The notes under the pieces: model-generated
What the model saw: the letters and a program-made list of their open reading frames with translations, nothing else
Database searches by the model: none
What the model was told of the DNA's origin: nothing
Translations under genes and position numbers: made by a program
In this document: positions 46,573-62,264 of the stretch, piece after piece
How the letters are laid out: every line of letters begins with the position of its first letter
Numbering within the stretch: position 1 is the first letter of the stretch
NCBI RefSeq assembly: GCF_009914755.1
Contig: NC_060947.1
Reading direction: 5' to 3' (one strand)
DNA length: 64,000 nt
Source: the human T2T-CHM13v2.0 reference genome, Homo sapiens

Positions 46573-48819
46573 TTTTATGTAAATTGCATCATTTCTTATG
46601 TGCATGCCTAGATTGTAAACTGCTCAAAATCAGAGTCTGTGTCTTAGACTTTTCTATAACCCTTTGCAATATATGTCACATGCTAGGATCTAAATATATA
46701 TATTACTTGGTTGATTGGTTCTTCCTGTGTTTTGATTGGAAAGTTTAAAATTGTGGCTCTAGAAAAATCTTTCATATTTCTTTAGTGGTTTTTTAAAAAG
46801 TCAGAAAATTATGGAGGAAAGAAAAGAGCTCTTTTAAAAATATCATAAAATATCAAAAATGTTATAATTTGCATCATTTGTGTAGCCTATCTTTTTTAAG
46901 TTAAATTTTTAATTTTGAGATAATTGTAGCTTCACATGCAGTTATAAAAAATACAGAAGTATGTCAGGTACAGACATATCTTCTTTTTTTATGGTTCACA
47001 GATATTGCACTTTTTACAAATTGAAGTTTTGTGGCAACCCTGCATCCAGTGCCATTTTTCCAACAGCATGTGCTCACTTCATATCTCTGTGTCACATTTT
47101 GGTAATTTTCACAATATTTTAGATTTTTTCACTATTATTGTATCTGTTATGGTGATATGTGATCTGTGATCACATTTGGTGTCAAACTATGGTAATTGTA
47201 CTGGAGCACCACAAACCATACCCATATAAGATGGCAAACTTAATGCATAAATGTGTATGTTCTGAGTGCCTCACTGTTCAGGCCTTCTCCATCTCTCTCC
47301 CTCTTCTTGGGCCTCCCTATTTTCTGAGACACAACAGTATTGAAATTACGCTAACTGATAACACTACAATGTCCTCTAAACATTCAAGTGAAAGTAAGAG
47401 TCATCTGTCTCTCATTTTAAATCAAAAGACAGAAATGATTGAGCTTAGGGAGGAAGGCGTGTTGAAAGCTGAGATAAACTGAAAGCTAGGCCTCTTGCAC
47501 CACTTAGCCAAGTGGTGAATGCAAAGGAAAAGTTCTCAAAGGAAATTAGAAGTATTACTCCTGTGAACACACAAATGATAAGAAAGCAAAACAGCGTTAC
47601 TGCTGAGAGGGAGAAAGTTTTAGTGGTCTAAAGAGAGGATCAAGCCAGCTACAGCATCCCCTTAGGCCAAAGCCAAATCCAGAGCAAGGGCCTAACTCTC
47701 TTCAGTTGTATGAAGTTTAAGAGAGGTGAAGAAGCTACAGAAGAAAAGTTTGAAGCTAGCAGAGGTTGGTTCATGAGTTTTAAGGAAAGACATCATCTCC
47801 ATTACATTGAAGTGCAAGGTGAAGTAGCAAGTGTTAAACGTAAAAGTTGTAGCAAGTTATTCAGAAGATCTAGTTAAAGTAACTTATGAAGATGGCTACA
47901 CTTAAACAACAGGTTTTCAATGTTGATGAAGCAGGCTTCTATTGGAAGTAGATGCCATCTAGGACTGTTATAGCTAGAGAGGAGAAATCAATGCCTTGCT
48001 TCAAAGCTTCAAAAAACAAGCTGACTTTCTTGTTAGGAGCTAATGCAGCCTTTGGTTTTAAGTTGAAACCAATGCTCATTTACCGTTCCAAATATTCTAG
48101 AGTCCTTAAGAATTATGCTAAACCTATTCTTCCTGTGCTCTATACATGGAACAACAAAGCCTGGATGACAGCACATCTGTTTACAGCATGGTTTACTGAA
48201 TATTTTAAGTCTACTTGTGAGACCTACTGCTTAGATAAAAAGATTCCTTTCAAAATATTACAGTTCATTAACAATACGCCTACTCACCCAAGAGCTCTGA
48301 TGGAGACATACAAGGAGATTAATGTTGTTTTCATGCCTGCTAACACAATATCCATTCGGCAGCCCATGGATCAAGGAGTAATTTTGACTTTCAAACCTTA
48401 TTATTTAAGAGATACATTTCATAAAGCTGTAGCTCCTATAGATAGTGATTCCTGTCATGGATCTGGGCAAAGTAAATTGAAAACTTTCTGAAAAAGATGG
48501 ACCATTCCAGTGCCGTTAAGAATATTGGTGATTCATGGGAGGAATTAAAAATATCAACATCAACAGGGGTTTGGAATAGGTCGATTCTAACCCTCATGAA
48601 TGACTTTGAGGGGTTCAAGACTTTGGTAGAGAAACTAACTGCAGATGTGGAAATATCAAGAGGAATAGAATTAGAAGTAGGCCCTGAAAATGTGACTGAA
48701 TTGTTACAATCTCATGATAAAAATTTAATGAATGAGGAGTTGCTTCTTACTGTTGAACAAATAAAGTGATTATTTGAGATGGATTCTACTCCTGGTGAAG
48801 ATGCTGTGAACATTGTTGA

Positions 48820-49440
<621 letters not shown>

Positions 49441-51177
49441 AGAAATAGGCACAGCCACATAAACCTACCTTCAGCAACAACTACTACCCTGATCAGTCAG
49501 CAGCCATCAACATCAAAGCAAGACTGTTCATCAGCAAAATGATTACAACTCACTGAAGGTTCAGATGATCATTAGCCTTTTTAGCATAAAGTATTTTTAA
49601 TTAAGTTATTACATTGTTCTGTAGACATTATGCTATTGCATATTTAATAGACCACAGTTAGTGTAAACATAACTTTTATATGCACTGGGAAACCAAAAAA
49701 AAAAAAAGTGTGACTTGCTGCACTGTGGTGGTCTGGAACTGAACCTGCAATATCTCTGAGGTATGCCTGTGCCTTTTCCCTAGTTTACCTCAATGGCAGT
49801 ATCTTCTGAAGTATAGTACAATACCACAACCAGGATATGAATATCAATACAGTAAAGGTACACAATAGTTCTGTCACCATAAGGATACATCATATTGCCT
49901 TTTAATAATCACACCCACATTTCTTCTGCCTGCACCCTTCCCTTAAACATTTGAAACCACTAATCTGTTTTCCATTTCAACCCTGTTGTTGTTTCAATAA
50001 AGTAAATAAATTATTGTAGTATGTAACCTTTCATAATTGTCTTTTTTTCATTTAGCATAATTCTATAAAGATTAATCCAAGTTGTTACATGTATCAACTG
50101 TTAATTTCTTTCTATTTATGGCCAGTATTCCATGGGGTTGATGTGCCACAGTTTGTTTAACCATGCACCCATTGAAGGACATCTAGGTTGTTTCCAGCTT
50201 TTAGCTATTACAAGTAAAGCTACTATGAACATTCATGTACAGGTTTTGTGGGGATGTAAGTTTTCACTTCTCCAGGATAAATGTCCAAAAATGCAATTGC
50301 TGAGTTGTATGGTAATTGCATGCCTAGTTTTTAAAGAAGCTGTCAAATTGTTTTTCAAAGTAGCTTTATCATTTCACATTCTCACCAGCAATATATGGGT
50401 GATCCACTTCTCTGCATCCCTACTAGCATTTGGTGCTATCATTATTATATTTTTTTTGTTTTATTTTAGCCATTTTCGTAGAAGCACTGATACCTCATTG
50501 TGGTTTTCATTTGGATTTCCACAATGGTTAAGTGATTTTGACTATTATCTTTTAAGGTGCTTATTTTCTATCTGTATATAGTCTTTGGTGAAATGTCTAT
50601 TCATGTCCTTTGTCTATTTTCTAATCGGATTTTCCCCTACTGCTGGGTTTTAATAATTCTTATGTTCTGAAAACAAGTAATTTGTCAGGTTTCTGGCTTA
50701 CAGATATTTCCTCCAAGTCTATACCTTGCCTTTTAACCCTCTAAAAATCTTAACTAGGCTCTTTCACAGGGCAAAAGCTTCTTAATTGGATGAGGTCCAA
50801 TTTATCAATTTTTGCTTTTGTGTATTGTACTTTTGATATTTTGTCTAAGAACTCTTGGCCTAGACCTAGACCCTGAAGGTTTTTCTTAAAATTTTTATAT
50901 TTTACAGTTCACATTTAATTCTGTAATCTATTTTGAGATACCATTTGTACAACATGTGACACTTAGGTCAATTGATTTTTGCTATGAATGTCTATTTTCT
51001 CTAACACTGTTTGATGAAGATGTCTTTCCTCTATTGAATTGCTTTTTTTCTTTTTGCATCTTTGTCAAAAGTCAGTTGGGTGTACATGTGTGGGTTTACT
51101 TCTGGGTTCTCTATTCTATCCTATTGATCTTTGTGTCTTTCCCTAAACCAATACCATATAGCCTTGATTAGTATGAC

Positions 51178-51744
51178 TGTTACCAACAAAGCTGGTCCCC
51201 AAAGACGGGATTTTTTCCTGTTCAGTGTCACAGAGCCAATGCACGAAACCAAAAGTGAGTGTCAAGTAGTATAGGCTTCATTTGAAGACCATGGAATTGA
51301 GAAGTGGGAGCATGACTAACAAGTCAACTTCTCCACTAGTGTGGGGCTTAGGGGTTTAGAAAACAGGGTTTCTTTAATGAAGGGGTTGGACATTGAAAGC
51401 AAGGGGAGGAATATTCATGTCTTTTCTGGAAGTGGGCTGTGAACTTCCCAGAATGAGAAGGCTGCTTTCCATTTTGTTCTTTTATGGCTTATTCCATTCA
51501 TTGTCATAGAAATTGTCACCTGTCATGGCACTAGTGGCAGTGTAATTTAGCATGGAAATGAGATTATCATGAAGCCTGAGGTCTTTTTGAAGTAATTCAG
51601 TTGGCTATCTTGGTTCTAACCAGTCTCAGCTGGTCCAGTTACAGAGGGAACTTTTTAACACAAGCATTCTCTTTCTTAAAGATAAGCAGAGTTAGGGCGG
51701 GGTAGAAATTCAGCTATGTCAAATAGACATTACACCGGGTAACA
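51178..51744 (-). mobile_element. ERV1-class solo LTR (family not recognised)
   Basis: Perfect termini TGTTACC...GGTAACA; 4-bp TSD tgac at 51174-51177 and 51745-51748; 567 bp; strand inferred from a degenerate poly(A) signal. Confidence 0.85.
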
Positions 51745-51842
51745 TGACTATATAAGCGTTGAAATCAGATAGAGTGATTTTTCCACTTTATTCTTGTTTT
51801 TCAAAATGGTTTTATCTCTTCCAGTGTCTTTGCTTTTTCACA

Positions 51843-52191
51843 TGCTATGGTCTGAATGTGTGATTCATATGTTAAAACCTAACGCCCAAGGTATTAATAG
51901 GCAAGTAAGGCCTTTGGGAGGTGATTAGGTAATGACGGCAGAGCCCTTATGAATGAGATTATTGCCCTAATAAAAGAGGCCCAAAGGATCTTATTTGCTC
52001 CTCCAGCATGTGGGGACACAGCAAGAAGGCACCATTTTTAAAGCAGAGAGCAAGGCCTCACCAGACACTGAATGTACTGGAGCCTTGAACTTAGACTCCC
52101 CACTTCCAAAACTGTGAGAAGTAAATTTCTGTTATTTATAAATTCCCCAGTCTAAAGTATTTTGTTACAGCAGTTTGAAAGAACTAAGACA
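51843..52191 (+). mobile_element. MSTC/D or MLT1A-like solo LTR
   Basis: tgctatggtctgaatgt...gtattttgttacagcag...actaagaca. Confidence 0.85.
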
Positions 52192-53407
52192 CCATATATA
52201 TTTAGAACAGTCTTGTCTATAACTGAAAACAAACTTGCTGAGAATTGATAGAAATTTATTATACACATCAGTTTGGGAAAAGTAGGTATCTTTATTTTTC
52301 TGAGTCTTCCAATCCAATAACACAACATTTATCCACGTTTTTTCAGATCTTTTAAAATTTATTTTGTTAGTTGTCAATACTGTACATGTATTTCACATTT
52401 ATACTTAAGTAATTTATTTTTGAATGCTTAATTGTACTGTATTTAAAATTTCAATGGCCACATATGTATCCATTTTGAGAATATAGAAATATGATTGACT
52501 TTTATATGTTTATTTTATATACTTTGCCCATGCTGAACTCATTTATTAGTTCTAAGAGATTTTTATAGATTCCTTAGAATTTTCTACTGAAATCATCAAG
52601 AGATGCACAAATAAAGATAGTTTTATTTCTTCATTTCCAATCTGTACTTTTAAATTTCATTTTCTTTCCTTATTGCTCTGGCTAGAATATTCAGTAATAT
52701 GTCAAATAAGAGTGGTGAGAGTAGACATTCATGCTTTGTTCCCACCTTAAATAGAAAGCATTCAGTCTTTCACCGTTAAGTAAGTTTAGCTTTAGTTTTA
52801 ATATGGATGCTCTTTATGAAGTGGAGAAAATTTCTTTCTATTTCTATTTTTTTCTGAGAGTTATTGCTTTCATCATGAATGAGTGTTAAATTTGGTCTAA
52901 TGATTTTTCTGTATTGATTGATTGATATAATCATGAGATTTTTCTGTTTTAGACTGGTAATAAGATGGATTACACTGACTGTTTTTCAAATATTGAACTA
53001 AACTTAGATCCCTGTGATAAACTCCATTTGATCATGGTGTATAATCATTTTATGTATTGCTGAGTTTTACCACTAACATTTTGCAATTTATTTTTTTTTT
53101 TTGCAATTTGACAGAGAAAAGATATCTTCAACAAATGGTCTATATTCATAAGAAATATTGACCTGTAATTTTCTCATTTTGTATTGACTTTTTCTCATTT
53201 TGATATTAAGGTAATACTAGCTTCATAAAATTAATTCTCTCCTCTTCTTTTATATTTCCTGGAAAAGATTATATAAAATTGGCAATAATTCTTCTTTAAA
53301 TGTTTAATAGAATTCTCCAGTGAAATCACATGGGCCTGGAAACTTGGATGGGGAATTTTAAATAAAGAATTTAATTTCCCTAGATATAGGGCTATTAAAA
53401 TTATCTA

Positions 53408-53635
53408 CTGTTGACCCTTAAAAAAACACTAGTTTGAACTGCATAGGTCCACTTACATGAGAATATTTTTCAAGCAAACACAGATTGAAAATGCAGTATT
53501 CATGGGATACAAAACCTCATACACAAAGGGACAGCTTTTTCTGTATGCATATTCCACAAAGCTTGAGCATGTATGGATTTTGGTATACACAAGGAATCCT
53601 GGAACCAATGCCTCATATATAGGGAGGGATGACTG
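53408..53635 (+). mobile_element. MER8 (Tigger-family MITE)
   Basis: ctgttgaccctt...gtttgaactgcataggtccactta...gagggatgactg; TA on both sides. Confidence 0.85.
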
Positions 53636-54893
53636 TATTTCCAGTGAGTGCTGGAAATTTCTGTTGTTTTATGAATTGGTCTCATTGAAGTTGTTAAATT
53701 TATATGTGTAGAGTTGTTTGTAGCATTCTATTTTCCTTTTGATGTCTGCAGGGTCTGTAGTAATATCCTTTGATTTATTCCTATATTGCAATTGTGTCTT
53801 CTTTCTTTCTTTTGTTGGTCTTGTTGGTGGTTTGTCAAATTTATTCAGTTTTTTCAAAGAACCAGATCTTTGTTTAAGTGATATTTTGTTGTCAATTTCA
53901 TTGATTCTTGCTTTTGTCTTTATTATGTGTGCTTCTGCTTCCTTTGGATTTATTGTCTCTTCTTTTCCTAGTTTCTTCAGATGAGAGCTTAAATTATTGA
54001 TTTGAGATTTTTCCTTTTTTTCTAATGTTATTACTTAGTACTATAATATTCCTTTTAGCACTACTTAAGCTGTAGCTCACAAAATTTGATATATCATTTT
54101 CATTTTCTTATGTACTTTTGGTTTTTTTCTCTAATCACATAACAGATTATTCAATAATTTTTTTCTATTTCACTTGAGTCAAAACTTACTTGTTGACCCA
54201 TGGGTTATTTAAAAGTGTGTTGTGTAATTTATAAGTATTTGGATATTTTCCTGTTATCTTTTCTGTTACTGATTTGCAGTGTGATTCCATTATGTCAGTG
54301 AAGATACTTTGTATCACCTCAATTTTTTAAATTTGTTGAGGAGATTTTTATGCCCTAGGATGTATTCTACTTTAGTATACGTTCTGTGAGCAGTTGAAGA
54401 GCATGTATTCAGGTGTTGGGTGGAGTGTTTCTTAAATGTTGATTAGATCTTGTTTGATGATGTTTTTGAATTCTCTATGTTTTCTGATTTTCTGTCTAGT
54501 CATTCTATCAATTTTGCAGAGATTAATGTTTAAATTTCCAACAATAATTGTGAAATTAAGTATTTCCTTTAGTTCTGTCAGTCTTTATTTCACATATTTT
54601 TCAGCTATGGTGTCTGCTACAGATGCATTAAGAATTGCTGTCTTCTTGGTGGATTGATACTTTATTTATTATATAATATCCCTTTCTGCTGTTGGTAATT
54701 TTCTTTGCTTTGAAGTTTACTTTTTCTGAAACATTCACTCCTGATTTTCTTTGATTAATTTTTATATATCTTTCTCATTATTTTACTTTCTACCTGCCTA
54801 TATCTTTATATTTGATCCCAATTTTCTTGGACAGCAGAATTTGGTCATGTTTTCCAGTCCAACTTTCCAATCCATTTTCTAATTGATGCCATT

Positions 54894-56112
54894 TGTATTC
54901 ATCCATTCTCATGTTGCTAATAAAGATGTACCCAAGACTGCCTGGGTAATTTATAAAGGAAAGAGGTTTAATTGACTCACAGTTCAACTTGGCTGGAAAG
55001 GCCTCAGGAAACTTACAATCATGGTGGAAGGGGAAGCAAACACATCCTTCTTCACATGGCAGTAGCAAGGAGAAATGCCGAGCAAAAGGGGCAAAAACCC
55101 CTTATAAAACCAGCAGATCTCATGAGAACTCACACAGTATCACAAGAACAGCATGGAGGTAACTGCCCCCATGATTCAATTACCTCCCACCAGGACCCTC
55201 CCCCACAACATGTTGGGATTATGGGTACAGCAATTCAAAATGAGATTTGGGTGGGTACACAGCCAAACCATGTAATTCTGCACCTGGCCACATGCAAATC
55301 TCATGTCATCACACTTCCAAACACAGTCATGCCCTTCCAACAGTCCCCCAAAGTTTTAACTCATTCTGGTATTAACTCAAAAGTCCAAGTCCCAAGTCTT
55401 ATCTGAGACAAGGCAAGTCCCTTCCACCTATGAGCCTGTAAAATCAAAAGCAAGTTAGTTGCTTCCTAGATACAACGGGGGTACAGTCATTGGGTAAATA
55501 AACCCATTCCAAATGGGAGAAATTGACAAAAACAAAGGGGCTACAGGCCACAAGCAAACCCAAAATCCAGCAATGTAGGCATATCTTAAAGCTCCAAAAT
55601 GATCTCCTGTGACTCCATGTCTCACATCCAGGTCACACTGATGCAAGAGGTAGCCTCCCATGGCCTTTGGCAGTACCACCCCTATGGCTTTGCAGGGTAC
55701 AGCCCCCTTCCTGGCTTCTATTATGGGCTGGCCTTGAATGTCTGTGGCTTTTCCAGGTGCATGGTGCAAGCTGTTAGTGGATCTATCATTCTGGGGTCTG
55801 GAGGATGGTGGCCCTCTTCTCACAGCTCCACTAGACAGTGACCCAGTGGGGACACTGTGTTAGGGCTCCAACCCCACATTTCCCTTTGGCACTGCTCTAG
55901 CAGAGGTTCTCCATGAGGGCTCTGCCCCTGCAGCAAACTTCTTCCTGGACAGCCAGGCGTTTTCATACATCTTCTGAAATCTAGGCCAAGGTTCCCAAAT
56001 CTCAATTCTTGACTCCTGCACACATGCAGGCCCAACACCACATGGAAGCTGCCAAGGCTAGGGGCTTTCACCCTCTGAAGCAACAGCCTGAGCTGTACAC
56101 TGGCCCCTTTTA
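54894..56112 (-). mobile_element. THE1D-like 3' LTR (54894-55275) plus 3' half of the internal region
   Basis: LTR ends cagccaaaccatgtaa; internal region homologous to about 22150-22971 in reverse; breaks at tggcccctttta. Confidence 0.92.
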
Positions 56113-56440
56113 CAGGCAGGTAATGAGTAATACTGACATCATGAAAAATGGGGTATCCATACCATCAAGCATTTACCCTTTGCCTTACAAACAATCCAAT
56201 TATATAATTCTTGTTATTTTAGAATGTACAAATAAATTTGTATTGACTATATTCACCTTGTTGCACTACCAAATAGTAGGTCTTATTTGTGTAACCATTA
56301 GCCATCCCTGCCTCCCCTTCCAACCTGTCACTACCCTTACCCTTCCCAGCCTCTGGTAATCTTCCTTTAATCTCTATGTCCATGAGTTCAATTGTTTTGA
56401 TTTTTAGATGCCAAAAATAAGTGAGAACATGTGATGTTTG
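56113..56440 (-). mobile_element. Duplicated copy of an L1MA 3'UTR segment
   Basis: Near-identical to 56639-56980, with a 16-bp deletion. Confidence 0.92.
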
Positions 56441-56640
56441 CTAAACATTAATCACCAAGATGACAGGGAAAATGTCTCCAGGGCATGTCAGAGACCTTCA
56501 TAGCAGCCCCTCCCATCACAGGCCTGGATGCCTAGGAGGGAAAAATGGTTTCCTGGGCCAAGTCCAAGGCCCCCCTACTGTGTGAAGCATTGGGCCTTGG
56601 TGCCCTGTGTCCCAGCTGCTCCAGCTATGGCTAAAAGGGG
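56441..56640 (+). mobile_element. Inverted THE1 internal segment
   Basis: gggaaaatgtctccagggcatgtcagagac...ggctaaaagggg; the reverse-complement continuation of the break at 56112. Confidence 0.9.
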
Positions 56641-59115
56641 CAGGTAATGAGTAATACTCACATCATGAAAAATGGGGTATCCATACCATCAAGCATTTAT
56701 CCTTTGTCTTACAAACAATCCAATTATACAATTCTTGTTATTTTAGAATGTACAAATAAATTAGTATTGACTATATTCACCTTGTTGTGCTACCAAACAG
56801 TAGGTCTTATTGTTCTTTATATATTTTTTTTAGCCATTAACCATTGCCACCTCCCCTTGCAACCCCTCACTCCCCTTACCCTTCCCAACCTCTGGTAATC
56901 TTCCTTCTACTCTCTGTCTCCATGAGTTCAATTGTTTTGATTTTTAGATGCCAAAAATAAGTGAGAACATGTGATGTTTGTCTTTCTGTGCCTGGCTTAT
57001 TTCGCCTAACATAATGACCTCCAATTTCATTCATATTGTTGCAAATGACAAGATCTCACTGTTTTTATGGCTAAATAGTACTCCATTGTGTATAAGTACC
57101 ACATTTTCTTTATCCATTCATCTGTTGATGGACACTTAAGTTGCTTTCAAATTTTGGCTATTGTGAACAGTGCTGCAACAAACATAGGAGTGCAGATATC
57201 TCTTTGATATACTGATTTCCTTTTCTTGGGGTATGTAACCAGAAGTGGGATTGCTGGGTCATAGGGTAGCTCTATGTTTAGTTTTTTGAGGAACCTCCAA
57301 CCTGTTCTCCACAGTGGATGTACAAATTTACATTTCTAGTGAGAATGTATGAGGGTTCCCTTTTCTCAACATTCTTGCCAGCATTTGTTATTAACGGTCT
57401 TTTGGATACAAGCAATGATAACTGTGGTGAGATAATACCTCTTTGTAATTTTGATTTGCATTTATCTGAGGATCAATGATGTTGAGTATCTTTTCATATG
57501 CCTGTTTGCCATTTGCAAGTCTTCTTTTGAGAAATGCCTATTCAAATTATTTGCCCATTTTTAAAATCAAATTTTTAGATTTTTTCCCTATACAGTTGTT
57601 TGAACTCCTTATATATTCTCTAGTTATTGATTCCCTGCCAGATTAGTATTTTGCAAATATTTTCTCCCATTCTGTGGGTTGTCCCTTTACTTCATTGATA
57701 GTTTCCTTTGCTGTGCAGAAGCTTTTTAACTTGAAGTGATCCCATTTTTCAATTCTTGCTTTGGTTGCCTGTACTTGTGGCATATTGCTCAATAAATTTT
57801 TGCCCAAATCAATGTCCTGCCGAGTTTCCCTAAAGTTTTCTTGTAGTACCATAGTTTGTGGTCTTAGATTTATGTTTTTAATTCATTTTGATTTGCTTTT
57901 TTTATATGGTGATAGATGGAGTCTCATTTCATTCTTCTGCATATGGATATTCGGTTTCCCAGCACCATTTGTTGAAGAGACTGTCTTTTCCCCAGTTTAT
58001 GTTCTTGGTTCCTGTGCTGAAAATGAGTTCACTGTAGCTGTGTGGATTTGTTCTTGGGTTCTCTATTGTGTTGCATTAGTCTATGTGTCTGTTTTTATGT
58101 CAGTACCATGCAGTTTTGTTTACTGTATCTCTGTAGTGTAATTTGAAGTCAGGCAATGCATTTCTTCCAGTTTTATTCTTTTTTGCTTAGGATGGCTTTG
58201 GCTATTCTTGGTCTTTGGAAGTTCCATGTAAATTTTAGGATTGTGTTTTCAATTTCTGAGAAGAATGTTGTTTGCATTTTGACAGAGATTGCATTGAATC
58301 TGCAGATTACTTTGGGTAGTATGAACATTTTAACAATATTAATTCTTCCAATCTATGAGCATGGGATATTTTTCTATTTTTTGCATCCTCTTCCATTTCT
58401 TGCATCAATGTTTTATAGATTCTGCCATAGAAATATTTCACTCTTTTGGTTAAGTTTATTCTTAGGTATTTTATTTCATATGCAGCTACTGTAAATGCCA
58501 TTATTTTCTAAATTTCTTTTTCAGATTGTTCACTGCTCTCATATAGAAATGCTACTGATTTGTGTATGTTGATTTTGTATCCTACAACGTTACTGAATTT
58601 ATCAGTCTTAATAATTTTTGGATGGAGTCTTCAGGTTTCTGAAAATATAAGACCATGTCATCTGCAAAGAAGTCTAATTTGACTTCTTACTTTCCAATTT
58701 GGATGTCCTTTGTTTCTTTCTCTTGTCTGATTGCTCTGTCTAGGAATTCCAGTACTATGTTGAATAACAGTGGTGAACATGGGTATTTTTGCCATGTTCC
58801 AAATCTTATAGAAAAGACTTTCAGATTTTACCCATTCAGTATGATACTTGCTGTGGATCTGTCATATATGACTTTACTATGTTGAAGTCCATTCCTTGTG
58901 TACCCAGTCATTTGATATTTTTATCTTGAAAGGATGTTAAATTTTATCAAATGCTTTTTCAGTATCAATTGAAATGATTACATGCTTTTTGTCCTTTATT
59001 CTGTTGGTATGATGTATCACACTGACTGATTTATATATTTCGAACCATCCCTGTATCCCAGGAATAAATTGCACTTGATCATGATAAATGATTTTTTAAA
59101 GTATTGTAGGATTTA

Positions 59116-60988
<1,873 letters not shown>

Positions 60989-61947
60989 AATACTAGCCTT
61001 GTAGTATGAGTCTGGAAGTATTCATCCCTCCTCTATTTTTCAGAATAGTTTGAGTAGGATTGGTATTAAGACTTTTTTAAAATGTTTGGCCGAATTCAGC
61101 AGTGAAGTCTTTAGGTCCTAGGCTTTTCTTTACTGGGAGACTTTTTATTTAGGCTTTGATCTAGTTATTTGTTATTGATCTGCTTAGGTTCTGGATTTCT
61201 TCATAGTTCAAGATTGGTAGCTTGTATATGTCTAGGAATTTGTCCATTTCTTCTAGATTTTTGAATTAATTGGCATATAGTTGCCTACAGTAGCCACTAA
61301 TAATCTTTGATTTCTGCAGTATCCATTGTAATGTCTACTTTTCCATCTCTGATTTTATTTATTTTGGTCTTTTCTTTTTGTTCTTAGTCTGACTAAAGGT
61401 TTGCCAATTTTGTTTAACTTTTCAAAAAAACCAACTTTTTGTTTCATTGATCTTTTGTATTGTTTTCTTCATTTCAATTTATTTATTTCTGCTCTAATCT
61501 GTATTATTTTTTCTACTAATTTTGGGTTTGGTTTGCTCTTGCTGATTTAGTTCTTTAAGATGCATTGTTAATTGTTTATTGGAAGATTTCCTTCTTTCCT
61601 GGTGTAGACACTTATAGCCATAAACTTTCCTCTTAGTATTGCTTTTGCTGTATCCCATAGGTTTCAATATATTGTATTTGCATTATCATTTGTTTCAAGA
61701 AATTTTTCAATTTTCTTCTTAATTTTTTTATTAACCCACTGGTGATTCAGGAGCATATTTAATTTCTATGTATTTTTATAGTTTTTAAAATTCCTCTGGT
61801 TTGATTTCTAGTTTTATTCCATTGTGATCAGAGAGGATGCTTAATATTATCTCGATGTTTTGGAATGTTTTAAGACTTGTTTTGTGATGTAATATATGGT
61901 CTATCCTTGAGAATGATCCATGTGCTGAGGAAAAGAATGTGTATTTT

Positions 61948-62264
61948 GGCTGGGCAGGGTGGTTAACACCTGTAATCCCCGCACTTTGTGAGGCCAAGGC
62001 AACTTGCTTGAGCCCAGGAGTTTGAGACCAGCCTGGGCAACATGGTGAAACCCCATCTCTATTAAAAAATAAAAAAAAAAAAAGCTGGATGTTGTGGTGC
62101 ACACCTGTAGTCCCAATTACTCAGGAAGCTGAGGTGGGGGCATCACTTGAACCCAGGAAGTCAAGGCTGCAGTAAGCCAAGATAACACCACTGCAATACA
62201 GCCTGAGCAATGGAAGTGAGACCCTATCTCAAAAAATAATAAGAAGAAGAAAGAAAAGAAAGAA
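61948..62264 (+). mobile_element. AluJ SINE
   Basis: ttgcttgagcccaggagtttgagaccagcctgggcaac and gtcaaggctgcagt J-type motifs; TSD aaaagaatgtgtatttt / aaggaatatgtatttt. Confidence 0.92.
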
